From the NCBI RefSeq assembly GCF_000315625.1, contig NW_005434672.1, forward strand, positions 1,239,205-1,303,204: a stretch of DNA of 64,000 nt, in the 5' to 3' direction. A model generated the notes under the pieces. That model made no database searches. It was given only the letters and a program-made list of their open reading frames with translations, and was not told the DNA's origin. Shown here piece by piece: positions 11,444 to 24,438 of this stretch (positions are counted from its first letter, which is position 1; each line of letters starts with the position of its first letter). The position numbers and the translations under genes are program-made. This stretch comes from Guillardia theta CCMP2712. Its lineage: Eukaryota > Protista > Cryptophyta.

Positions 11444-14400
11444 TTATAGCGCATCTTGGGGTCGTCTTTCTTGGGTTATAGCGCGTCCATGAGCAGCATG
11501 TTGAGCTCTGCCTCCATGCTCTTTTGCGACTCTGTCAGCTCCTTGCTGATGGGAAACTTCCAGTCGCTGCTCGATGTCTTGCTTCCTTGTTTCAGCGTTC
11601 CCAAGGAAGTCCCATGCAAGTCCCACACGCACACAGCATGATCGTACGAGGACGTGAGCAAGCAGCTGATCTCAGCAGACTCATTCAAACTACGTGCCGC
11701 GGGAACATCCAACGCGTCTGCAGTCTACGTGGAGTAAGCGAGGAGGGAGCGAGGAGTGAAGCACCTGAATGAGCTCGAGCGACTTGATGGTATCAGCATG
11801 CGCGACCCACGAGAACTTGCGGGTGACGATGATGCTGTCGAACTTGGGAGCGAGAGCCTCTCCTGTGATCACGTCCCTCCCCCAGTCGAGGTCGCTGGAG
11901 ATGTCAACCGACAGGTCGTCAGTCTTCTTCATCAGCGACTCGAAGATCTGCTCCTCGTCGGGCTTTCTCTCCGTCACCCTCGCCTTCCCTTCCCGGGGAC
12001 GTGACACCAAGTGACTTGTCTGCACCCTGCCAACCAGACGCGTCAGAGAGGAGCGCGAGGAGAGGAGCGCAGGAGGAGAGTGTTCACGTACTTGGGGAAA
12101 TGACGGCCTGGGGACTTTCCCGTCTCGTCCACGCCCTGCCATGCCAGCAGACGGTCCTTCAGGTCCCGCAGGTCGTACGCCACGACTTCTCCCGAGCTCC
12201 CTGCAACGAACAAGGTGTGGGAGGACCCGTCCAAGGCGCAGCAGGTTGGGGTGTCTCTCTTGGCGGTTGCCGGGAACTGCGAAATCGACTCCATGCTCTT
12301 GCTGGGGCTCCGCAAGGATCTGAGGCGGGGGGAGCTGCAGGTCTTGGCCTTCCTCTCCACGTACCTGTCGCCCACCTTCACGATGAAGTCGAAGCGACAG
12401 ACGGGATGATGGCGGAGCCTCCAGGGCGACACCTGCCGCTAGTCACAAGATGCAGCGAGGCGGGTCAATTCACCGTCCACAAGATCACGTTGCCGTGAAA
12501 GTCTCCCGTGATGACAAGCCGATAGCTCTCGAGGAACTGCAGCATCGTGATCTCTGACTTGTGTGCGTTGAGAGATCCCGCCAGTTTGATGTCTTGGAAG
12601 TCCCACAGCCTGACGCTGCCAGCGGTAGAAGATGTGGCAATGACGCTCAAGTAGGACGAGTAGGCCATGCAGGAGATGTCGGTGGAGTGACAGTCAATCT
12701 GCCGCAAGCTTCTCGTTTCATGCGGAGACGCGTCATGATGGACTCGTACTCGCCCTCCCCAAGAAGCAGAGATGATGCTCTTGTACTTGTGACAGTAGGC
12801 GAGCGCGCATACGTCTGCGTCATGCGGCTCCAAGAACTTCATCAGACCTCCGTTGAGCACGTTGTACACTCCTATGCAGCCTCGCTCGTCGCCTGCGATC
12901 ACTCGCCGCTCGCGATTCCCGAGGCACATGGCGGTGATTCTTGCGGTGGCGACGTCGCGAAAGGTTTTTGACAAGAGGCCGGTGGAAGCATTCCAGATCC
13001 GGACGTTTCTACCGGAGGCAGTGATGATAGCGTGGTTGACAATGGAGTAGATGGCGGCAACGACTGGCTCCTCGTCTGCCAGCTGTGGCTTCGTCGGATG
13101 ATCATGATCGAGGCAGAACAACCTGTGGAGGCGAAGAGTCTCAGGGCGGCAGGCGGAGATGACTATCCTGTCTATCCTGGAGACATAGGTCATGGATGAC
13201 GCTGTTCCCGGCGCTATGTGCTCGATCTGAATCGTCTGAGTGCACATGAAGTTTCGTGTATCCCACACCTACTCGCAGGCGTTAGCGCAAGCGCGTGAGG
13301 GAGGACTCACCTTGACGAATCCCTCGACGTCGCTGGTGATGATCTTTTCACTGCCAACAACTACTCGAAGACCGACGATGATGCCGACGTGACCGTACAA
13401 GTTGAAGAGCGGCTCCTCTAAGAGTGGGTTCCAGACCTTGCAGACTTTGTCATAGCTTGTGGAGATGAGGTAGCGCTGAGATGCGATGTAGGCAAGCGAG
13501 TGTACGCCCTTGAGGTGGCCGTCTAGAGTATGTCGCAGCTTATGGGTGTTGAGATCCCAAACAAGAATCATCGAGTCCAAGGAGGATGTGACGAGCAGTC
13601 CCAGGTCAGGAAGCGCCACCAGGTCTGTGACAACGTCCATGTGGGCGCGGAAGAATCCGGTTTGCAAGATCGCGATCTCCTCGCTCCCGGTAGCTTCAGC
13701 GTTCCGTCGAGGGACCTGGAAGAGCAGGACGTTGCCGTCTGTGGAGCCTCCGTAGAGGGTGAAGTTGTAAGAGTCCCAGGCGAGGGAAGACAAGACCTGA
13801 TTGCAAGGCAGCACCTGTCTCTGAGTGAACGTGTAGGCCCCCCACACTATCAGCAAGGAGTCTGACGCCGAAGTCACAATGTAGTCGGTTCCACTCAAGT
13901 AGAGACAACGAAGAGCTGCTCCCTTGTGGCCCACGAGGCTGTCAGTCCACGTGAGCGTTTCAACATCGTAGACCTTGAAGACAGATGAATCTTTCTCCGT
14001 CACTACAATCTTATCCATCACATCTAAAGTCTCAAGCCTCTCGATTTCTCCGTCTTTCATGTTCATATGCACGGCAAGGCTGCCTTGCCCTCGCTTGTCT
14101 CGAGTCTCTGAGATGTGGTAGGTCAAGTTTGCGTCTGCTGTCCTCTCGTGAGTGGTTTGACTCGATCGTCCCATCTCGAGATTGAACTCAAAGATTTCTT
14201 CCCACGTAACAACACCGTCTCCATCAATGTCTAGGGTATCGTAAACCTCACAGAGGTTTGTAATCATGGACGTTTGATCTTTCCAGTCTCTGCTTGGCAA
14301 GAAGGCCACTAGGATGTGAACAAACTCTGTCAGATTCACTCTGTCCCCAAGAGCATGAATCGCTTTCTGCACAGATTGTAAAGTTTGCGGTGTCAACTTG

Positions 14401-15059
14401 CCCAAAACTTCATCTGCTGTGTAAAATGTACCAACCTTCTCGGATGATGCAGTCAATCCTGAATACTCTGCGTTTGAATAGATCCGATTGAGAGTCTCCT
14501 GAACCCCTCTAAATTTCTCCATGTTCTTGAAAACTGCTACTGCTCGGTTTTCTGAGTCAAACTGACTTCTGGTTTCTTTCTGCAGCGGGAGAAAACTTTG
14601 CTCGCTCGCTAGTTTTTCAAGTTCCCGCACTCCCATCCGGATCTACTCCACCAAAGCAATCAAGGAAAATATCACAGAGCATAGCCAGCTTACCTTCGGG
14701 CCGTTCCTCTGCATCTCAAACAAGCTCTGTCGGACGCGCGCTGGGCGACTCATCATCTTCAAACCGCTTTCCTTGTCAACTTGCAAGAGAGTTTGGCTTC
14801 GTCGTTTTGACATCTGCCTTCGCAACTCCAGCTTGGCTTCGAGCTCGCTTGAGACCTTGAAGTTGGCACGGCCCTGGTCAAGGACATCTTGTACTCTTTC
14901 AAGGAGCTTGCCAACTCTGATGCTTCGCTCTGTGATGTCCATGAATCGATCATCTTCTGCGCCCTTCCTTGGCACGGCTGGTCTGACGTCCATGAGATAC
15001 GAGGGAACAGGTGAGGGATTACGGAGATTCCTCGGAGCTGAGTTATCTTTACCTTGCAT
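11444..15059 (-). CDS. EF-hand plus multi-WD40 protein (WDR49/EFCAB8/CFAP337-like)
   Basis: EF-hand loop DIDGDGVVTWEE followed by many GH...WD repeats across ORFs 13269-14636, 12465-13268 and 11476-11712. Confidence 0.75.
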
Positions 15060-15873
15060 GCTCCTATACTAGGATGTTGACTACGATTTCATATTCCACC
15101 CGCGGAGAAGTTGAAGCGGTTTGAGCGGTGCGAACGTGATCAAACCATTGAGATTTCATTTCTTGTCTCATTTCTTGTCTCATTTCTTGTCTCTGTCCTC
15201 ATCGTCCTTCATGCCATCTTTCGCTGCTTTGCTTGGCATCCTACTGAGCCGGGCAGGCCAACGGCACTGCGGCACTGTGAGTAACCATTCTTTCCCTGAG
15301 GCGGGCACGATTAGAATCCGCTCATCATGGGCCCGGGCAGAAGTAGATATGATAGCTCATAATTCGCTGCCTCTTTTTAAATTTTACGAGTGGCTGAGCG
15401 GGGATGTGGTCAACAACACAATTTCACGTGCCATGGCGAAGACAAAGGGAGCACCAGGAGTCAAGGTAATGAGAGGAGGAGGAAAAGACAGGAAGGCAAA
15501 CTAGTAGCTGATAGGCAGACAACCCTACGAATAATGGATAATGTGCTGGAGGCCCCCAGGGAAGGGCCTGGGTCTTCCACTAGTAGCTGCTAGAGATGAT
15601 GGTACAGGAAGACGAACAAGTAGCTGCTAGAGATCGCGTGTAGAGAGAGTGGTGGTGGTGGTCAGGGGTAAGGAGGAAGATTGATGATCAGGAGAAAGAG
15701 GATCATGAACAGGACAGGTAGCTGCGATGATGGGGCAAAGAATGTGGAGGAGAACGAGTCTTTGGGACCGGAGTAGGGGTGGGAGGCAACAGAGTGGGAA
15801 GAGACAGTGGAGATGAAGCGATGGGAGAAGAGGCATAAAATTAGGAGCATCATAAATCACAGCGAGTGTAGGC

Positions 15874-16702
15874 ATGAAACAGGTGCGAGTCAGTGATCTG
15901 ATGTTTCATTTTGATAGACCAAGGTCAAGATCGACAGTGTCAGGGGGATGAAGATAAAAAAACTTGTATGATCTGTTGTATCTCCATACATGAAGATGGC
16001 TCAACAATTCTGCAGAATGCAATGCATCCCAAGAGTCGCAAAGCGGCGAAAACGCACAAAGAATTGATTCACATTGATAAGTATGTTTCAGTAATGCTGC
16101 CTTGTAGACTCACTGACTGCGACTAGATGTGCGCTACACATCCAAACCAAGGACCTCAAATGGAAGCCAGAACGTAAAGGGCATCGTTCGGTCACGTGTT
16201 TGCTGAATGACGTGCACAGTCACGAAGATGCACTGGTTTCAGAAGGCGGTGTGGATGGACGCCAAGGACGTCTACACCCGACAAGAACTCAACGACCTTG
16301 CGTTGGAGTTCATTTGCCGCAACGACGATGAGATCATGGAGGCGAAAGCAGCAGCGTTCGCAGGTCCTTCCAACGCCCTATAGTTACCTGACTGACCCTT
16401 TTGAAGGCTCTGCGACGATAAAGCGAATTGCTCCGACAAGTCAGGTAGGAATGGATCTTGCAAACAGAGTCCATGATCAGGTGAGAGGATAGAAATAGTC
16501 TGGTATCAAGTGAAAAAGTTTGCAGGAGCAATACACGAATGTTTCATTCAAAGTCCCCGACTTGACCAACTCCAAGGTTATCCGAAGCTTGAAAGATTGG
16601 AAGACAGGAAATGTTGACCAAATGCGGAACATCAAAACAATACTGATAGGAAACAAAGATGCCGTTCAAGAAGGAAAACTGATCCTCATGGAAAACAGTT
16701 AG
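15874..16702 (+). CDS. TMA16: Translation machinery-associated protein 16 homolog (multi-exon)
   Basis: Spliced reading MKQ/TKVKIDSVRGMKIKKL/NAMHPKSRKAAK...LALEFICRNDDEI...FKVPDLTN...LKDWKTGNVDQMRNIK; the HPxSRKA and PDL...W.G motifs are typical of TMA16. Confidence 0.75.
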
Positions 16703-16732
16703 TAAAGAAATTCTCTATCTCTCTAGTGCAAA

Positions 16733-18430
16733 CTACACAGGTGGAAGGGCTTCGATCTTCACCTCCGCCTCACCTCGTCGGTTTTTCTTCTTGAGCGACA
16801 GAGCGAGACGCGTGGCAAAGAGCAGAACAGATCGCAACGGGTAGGAGAGGAGCAGCCAAACTCGAAAGAGAGGAGCCTTGTATGTGCCTTGCAGCCTCAC
16901 GATTTTCCAGCCTTTCATGTCCGTCTCGGCGCTTTTGTCCTTGACTCTGTCCTCCGAAGAGGATTCTTCGCCATCGGCTGACGTCTTTGGGTTGCTGGGA
17001 GACAGATGGGCAAGGACTTGACCGCGCTCGGCCTCGAGCTCGGCAGCGATCTCCAGTCGGAGACTTTCAAGTCTCCTGATTTCTTCGCTCAGCTCATTAT
17101 TCTTCAATTCAAGCTTCTGAACATCTTCCTGCGCTTGTGTGTAGATGTCAGACATGTTCTTGATCTGCCAATATCATCGTCAAAGTCGTTTACAACTTTC
17201 AAATGGTACCTGCAGATCAAACTCAAAACTCTTTGTGTCGAATGAGCGGATCTGCGCCTGCAAGCTCTCAACATAGGCGTTGTCGTACAGATGATTCCTC
17301 CTATATTGCTCGAATTCCTCTTTCAGCATAAGGCAGTGCAAGCAAGCATTCCCAGCCTTCTCCTCATGGATATGCGCAGCCTCCGACTCTTCGGCATCTT
17401 GCCAGGAGATTATCGTCCTGGAGTCGCTGGAGGATTCTTTGAGGTCCACATTACGAGGTTCTTGTCTGGGAGAGGTTTCAGCCGAGGGGCTCTCGAGGGG
17501 GTTCAAAGCGGGGTTAGAGTCGCTCCCCTCGTTCCACAGGTTGCGCTTGAGGCTCGAGGCCTCTGCTTCAAGGCTCTCGCCACTCAGGAGAAGATCGTTG
17601 CAGTCCAACGCAAACTGACGAATCTCCGGGCTTGCGTCCAGCGAGCAGACCTGAAGTGCGTCCTGGACCTTGTCGTTGGTGCGAACTGAGGTATCAGATC
17701 GCAAAATATTCAAGAGATGCTCAGCACAAAAGGCCTTCTGCTTGTTGTCGCTCTGTATCATAATGTCGCAGAGCTTGCTCACGACCAGATCCGAAGACAG
17801 ATTCTGAAGAATGAACTCCAGACTAGTTTCGGCTTGACGAGAAGAAGCCACCCCTCCTCCACTGGCTGCCATCTCAACGATCTTGGGAATCGCACTGTCC
17901 AATAAGAAGTTTATAGCAACTGTCTTTTTGCCTTCACGACTTTGCTCTGAAAGTTCCTCCAGCAGTGCCAGGCATTCGAGTGTCACAGTCTGCTCAGAGT
18001 GGAATAGATTGGTAAGGATTGTATCGCTGAAGTGAGAAAACTTGTTCCAGAAGACTTCACTTGCTGTCTCGTCAGCCTTCAAAACTCCACCATGCAAGAG
18101 CAGGCGAAGTGCTCGCAGGGCCTGCACCACTTGAATCCAATGATTGTTCTTCGGGGACGTCACATCAAGCTTTCTTTGCACCTTATGGAGGAGAAGTCAG
18201 CATTGAGAGATTTGCAAACAACAATCACCTCATACAATGCTACCGTGAGTTGATCAGCAGAAATGATTGTGCTTTGGTCGCCCTCTCCCATCAATTTGGC
18301 TTGCTTGATATCCATCATTTTCGATGCCTTCATGTTGCCAAGTCGCTGAGTTGATGATGTCGATCTGAATGATCCTTGGCTTGTGACACTCGCGGTATCT
18401 TCTACGAGGAGGTTGACTTCTTGTTTCATG
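16733..18430 (-). CDS. HEAT/TOG (CLASP-N-like) domain protein with a C-terminal coiled coil
   Basis: Helical repeats (ALRALRLLL...IPKIVEMAA...DASPEIRQFA) followed by coiled-coil exons. Confidence 0.5.
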
Positions 18431-18599
18431 ACTCTATCAAGACAGCAGCAATCAGTCTCAAGGTTTCGACAGCCTCTGCAGCATGGCGAACCTTCCACTA
18501 TTTCCTGACCTCCCTCCCACCCATCGCGATTACAAGTCTGCGCAATTGTCTTCTTGTACTCCCCTCCTCCTCCTCTCTCCTTTATCTACTCCCCTCCTC

Positions 18600-18952
18600 T
18601 TCTGGCTCTGCTCTTCTGGCTCTGCTCTTCTTGCTCTGCTCTTCTTGCTCTGCTCTTCTTGCTCTGCTCTTCTCATAGAATTTCTTGTTTGCCAGGTTCA
18701 ACAAACAAGTACAACTCCCTTTTTTGAACTTCATCTGTTAGGACACCGGAAACCACGATAGCTGGTAGACCATGTTTAATTGTTTTCAGCTAATTGCATT
18801 TTTGAGGTGTAAGTTTTCAGGGCGACGCAAGTGTGCGAAATTTCAGAGCGACAAGGAGAAAACGAGGAGCGAAGCAGAGGAGAGGAGAGAGGAGAGAGGA
18901 GAGGAGAGAGGAGAGGAGAAGAGAGAGGAGAGGAGCAGAGGAGAAGAGAAGA
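18600..18952. repeat. Low-complexity tandem repeats (CTCTGCTCTTCTTG-like at about 18600-18670; GAGAG-like at about 18876-18952)
   Basis: Seen directly between divergently oriented genes. Confidence 0.8.
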
Positions 18953-19073
18953 GCACAGAAGACACAAGAGTGTAAGAGAGAACATGATAGGGTATCAGGT
19001 TGAATCGTGACGATGCTCAGAAGTCGCAAAATGTGGGTTTGAATAGACAGGGGGGAGAGGTCACAGCGGAGAA

Positions 19074-21119
19074 ATGAAGAACCGCGTCATCCTCACGATG
19101 GTCGTCGCTCTCTACCAGCACCTTACGGGGCATGAGAGTCAAGCGTACTCGATGATCACTCACAGGTTTGAGAGTCCATGGCAGATGCGCAGAAACCACA
19201 AGATCGCGGGGAAATGGCTGGAAGCACCAAGACCTGTTGGTGCAAGGCATGCGCGGCAGCTTTCGCCTCCGCTGACTACTCCTACTGCCCTGTCCTCGTC
19301 GTTCAAAGACGGCAGTGAGACTTCGCCTCACAAGGTTCAGGAAGCAGACATCTCTGTGGATGATGTGTGGAGCCACAGCTTGAGCACGTCACGGCAAGAA
19401 GCATCTGCTGTGCTCCGTCTGGGGTCCGTTGTGAGGATGCAGTCAGCAGAATACTCAAAGAGAATGCTGGCGCAGAAGATCATCGAGGCCAACCATCCCT
19501 TGCTCTTCATGCTCATCTTTCGCTGGCCCATGGAGTGGCTGCGGGGAGAGAGAGCGCTGCGGCAGATCGCGAGGAATCTCCCCGTTGCGGAAAGGAACGA
19601 GAGCCAGGAGCTTCCTGTCCCAGGCAACGCTGGAGCTCCAGAAACGTTTGACCTGAGCAGCCGCTACAAGATCAGTGGGAAGGTCGGGAAAGGAGCGTTT
19701 GCTTCCGTCATGTGCGCCAAGGACACGATCCTTGATAAAGTCGTGGCCATCAAGTGCGCAGCAGACGCGATTCCTGATCATCATGCATATCATCGTCTCG
19801 CGCGTGAGGTCGGACTCTTGCGACAGGTGAGATGAGTGAGAAGAGGGAAGGAACGAGAATGACAAGAAGGTTGACAGCTCCGAGGGCACTCCAACATCAT
19901 CTCAATCTCCAACTCCATCATCCGACACCGCGAGGTCTTCGACCAAACCTTGCAGAGCAAGCGGAACGTGACAGACGTGTACCTCATCACTGACCTCATG
20001 ATGGCGGACCTGTCGAAGCTCATGGACTCTGATTGCGTCTTCACTAACGAGCAGGTGCGATGTATCATGTTTCAGTTCCTGCGAGCTCTTGCTCACCTTC
20101 ACCACTGTGAGATCATTCATCGCGACATCAAACCCTCCAACCTCCTCCTCGATCGCTTGTGGCACCTCAAGATCTGTGACCTCGGCATAGCCCGCGAGGC
20201 CATGATTAGCGCGAGCAGGGAGAGGATGGAGGACTTTGACATCCACTTCACGGACTACGTGGTGACGAGACCCTACCGGGCGCCGGAGCTCCTCATGGGC
20301 AGCAAGAACTACACCAGTGCCGTCGACATGTGGGCTGCTGGCTGCATCCTCGCGGAGCTCATTGCCGGGCAGATGGAGATTGATCAAGCGCCCATGACGA
20401 GGAATACAAGCGCCGGCATGATTCGCCTGCCCTTGTTCCCCGGCTTCGACCACCGTGATATGGTGCAGAGAATAATTCATGCGCTAGGACATCCTTCGGA
20501 CGAGGTGGGAGCGGGAGGAGGCGGCTTAAGGCTCATGGCGTGTGCAGGTGCTGGACAGGCTGTGTTTGTGGGAGCCAAGGGCCAAGAACTTTGTGCAGAA
20601 GCAAGCCTACCGCTACTGTGACCTTGAGACCAAGAAGGAGTTTCACGGAGTCGAGAACTCTCTCGAGTACTGCTCATTGGATGGAGAAGAGAGGGTCAGC
20701 TTGTGCTTCTTCTCTTTCTTCTGCTTCTTCTTCTCTTCCTCCGGGTTGTTGTTCTGCCCGCCCCCCCCCTTGACGTTTCTCGTCAGGTCAACTTCAGGGC
20801 TATTTTTCCTTGGGGGGATGATGACGCGGTGGACCTCATGGAGAAGCTGCTCGTTTACGATCCCGAGCAGCGACTGACGGCCGAGGAAGCGCTCGAGCAC
20901 CCGTACTTCAAGAAGCACGTGGACAAGTACGTGCAAGAGCACATGAACATGTCCGTGATAACGCAGAACGACGCTGAGATTGTAAGCGTGTTTCTCTTGT
21001 GTTTGAGGTCATTCACCTTTCTCCAGGCGTTCCGTCGTGCAGCCGTCCGTAGCGCAGGAAAGAGCTGGGAGAAATTTTGGGAAGAGCGCGATAGAAAGAA
21101 TTGGAAGCGAAGCGCTTGA
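19074..21119 (+). CDS. MAP kinase with a TDY activation motif and a long N-terminal extension (multi-exon)
   Basis: [68 protein letters not shown]. Confidence 0.9.
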
Positions 21120-21433
21120 AAGCCACGATGCGGATGCTCGTGATTGATTTACCCCAGTCGTTATTTAGTCTTGGTACATTTGATCTGCTTTTGCCCCAGA
21201 TCCTTAGCCGCATCTCCCTGTTCGATCCACTCCATGCAAAAGTACTGGAATTGCAGAATTTACCGGCGGTAGTGCAAAAAACAAGAAAGAGAATGCAACG
21301 GTTGTTTAGAGAAGCTGATCTAAGTCGAAATCTGGTGCCATCCAAGACAGCGAGTGTAACTCATTGTTGTCTTGATTTGCCCCTGATTGCCACAAGTTCT
21401 GGCAGCAAGTGAGTAAGCACAAGAAGAATTAAA

Positions 21434-23090
21434 TTACAGAGGCATGCCTGAGGAACATGGTTGCTGGGCATTGGCGGTACGGGCCGCTGCTTTCATGTAG
21501 TCAAGCGAGGCGTTATGAGATCACCAGCAACTGCTCACCTGTGCTTGCATCTGCCATGTCTTGGTAGCAGGGCTGTCGGTGGTCCTCACATTGCCTACTG
21601 AGTTCATGTGCGGAGACATTCCATGCGCGAACAAGTTGGGGGACATGGAACCCTGCGTCCAATTCACGCCATCCAGATCGTTGTCACCTACAAAAACAAT
21701 CATCCAACAAAAGACTGGAAACAAATGTGCATACCTGGTCTTCGGCGCGATTCTATGAACACGTTGTCTTGGTTCACATTTGTATGCTGCATATACTGAC
21801 CTCCGTTATGTTCGTTTTCTGTCTTGACAGGTCGTCCTGCACCTGTGTCACTATGACACAAATTGAAACGTGGCAGACCTCCATTCTGGATCAAAATTTG
21901 AGCCTGCAAGTTGGAATCTGCAAAGAGTAGTGTAAAGCTTCCATTACGCAAATGGATGAGCTCTTACATAGATTTCTGAGATTTTCGATCTCTGAGGACG
22001 ATGATTCTAACTTGTTGAGGAGTTCCTGGTTGGAAGTGTATCAGAAATTTAAGATACTGAGATACCGTAAAAGAATTTTTACTAACCTGGCGTTCTGACA
22101 TCAAAGCTTGAGAGAGTGCACGCAGCGACGCATTCTCATCTTCCAGGGTTTTGATCCGGTCGTGAAGTTGCTTGGAGTTTTCGTCGTTAGTCCCTCCAGT
22201 TGCCAGCCTGTTCAGACTGTTGCTAGAAGAACTCTTAGGCATTGAGTTGCTGTTGCTGGGTCTGCTGCCAGACTTTCCATTCATCATATTCGGCACATTT
22301 CCACGAATTCCATTGCTGAAATTGCTCTTTTCATTCTGCAAATTCCTTCAGTGAAACCAATAATGTTTCAATGATTAGTGTCGATTCGGTGCAAATCTTG
22401 AGTATCCTGTATTCAATTTCAAATCATCAACAGAACGATGAATGCCTTTGAATGAAGAAACATCAAAGTCACTTTCAAGTCACTCAATGCAATATATACA
22501 ACCAGAATATGCTTCGAACGTCTCAGAAACATTGTCAAAATCGCCACCATCGTCATCCCCGCCCGGACTCCACGTGTCACCGCCACTTTCCGAGGGCAAT
22601 TGACCGTTCCCTGTTAAGAGATATTCTCCTACATATTTGTCAAAATCATGTATACCAGAATGAAGAGAACAGAGTACGTTGCATCTCCAATTTTCTTATT
22701 TCTTCATCCAAATTCCCTTGGCCATCTGTAGTGTATCGTTGTTCTGCCTTCAAAGACGCAATCTTTTTCTCTAAGCTCCTCAGCTTTCGATGAGGCCATT
22801 GCATGACACCATACTTTCTACATAATTTCTTCAAAGCAGTGGTGCACATCCCGAACTTTTTGGCAACCTTGAATTAGCAAATTCAGTGATGCAATGTCAG
22901 TGAGCAGTGCGGGAACCTCGTTCAGAGGCATGTTAAAATGATCTCGCAATTCTTTCTCTGAGAGCATCGGCATCTGCAAATGAACGTAACTATGCAATCA
23001 CGAATCGCAAAACCATACCCTCGCACCACCCACGAGTCCCTGCAGTGACGGTGACGAAGCACCGCTGCTCATGAGGGAGTGGCCATCCAT
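21434..23090 (-). CDS. RWP-RK domain transcription factor (3' end approximate)
   Basis: Spliced domain LRDHFNMPLNE/VAKKFGMCTTALKKLCRKYGVMQWPHRKLRSL. Confidence 0.85.
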
Positions 23091-24438
23091 GTTCTCATGC
23101 GATCTGCATCGCAAATCAGCATGATTGCGAGCGATAAGATGGCACAAGACTCGACCTGACTCTGCGCAGGGTTGAAGACTGAACCGATTCATCCCCGAGA
23201 CTCTCGCGCAGTTCTGACAAAGATATTGATCGTTTCATCTTCAATTATCCGTGTTTCTTTTGATAGCGGGTTCAACTTGATCTTATACCCAATCAGCTCC
23301 AATCACATCCAATCTGTAAAGACAACGTTTGAGGGTAACAAAAGAAAAGATACAAGACGAAATCGTCATTTTTGACAGCACATCTAGCTAAATCTTTCTA
23401 AAAAGATACAACAATGAAAAGAGACGATCTAACGTTCCATACCCACTTTCGAAGCACATGTAAGCTTCTTGACGACAACAGGGTGAATCATATTGCGATT
23501 TCTGCACACAACTCTGAGCAAGTTGAAATCTATCTACTAGAATCATTTCGACACAGTCATACAATCTGCAATTTGTTTACATCGCATTCACAGTCAAGAA
23601 CACAAAAGATCACAACTCTGTCATGATCACAATCAATTTCGGTTTTCTCCCGCATGGTTATCTTGCTCTGATTTGTTTTCGTTTCTTCTAATCAATTCTC
23701 TTTCCCTTCATCGATTCCCCGCCATGGTTGCAGGTGCCGTCCCCGCCTTGGGACCCCACCCCCTCCATAACGATCGTTTCCACCCTACCAACCATTTCCT
23801 CTTGGCAGACCCCCTCGCCTACATCTACCTACCCCTTGTCACCCGACAAAGTCTCCATTACCCTGTGCACATCCCCACCCCTCCAAAATACTAGATCCTC
23901 CCCATTTCCAAAGCCTCAACCCGTTTACCACCCACCATTCTTACCCACCATCGATGTAGTACCATGACCTCCTACCCCCATCTGTGAAGGTACCCCACCA
24001 CTTAAGCATCGCTGCAGCCTTTTCCGACCAAGCACCCATCAGTACCCCTACCCATGTACACAGCCCCCACCACCCAACCGTACCTCATTTTCACCCCTTT
24101 GTACCCAATAGTACCCCACCTCTGAATCGAGCACCGAACCCTTATGTGTCAAATGTTTGGGTGGGGTTCTAACCCACCCCCATTTAATGACATCGAAGTG
24201 TAAGTAAGTACCCACCCTCTACACGATCTGTCAAAATCCTCCCTCTGCGAACCACCCACCCACAGTGGTCGCTTCATCAAGACAAGATATTTGGGGAAAA
24301 ATAAAAAGTTTCCCCGGACCACAAGTGCATGATTGAAGAACCGGTCGCTTTCATTTCTTTGCCGGCAATGTCAAAGCGACTCCATTCTGAACGAGGACCT
24401 GTCAACAAAGCCAATCAATTGGACAAGTCTTATGTCGT

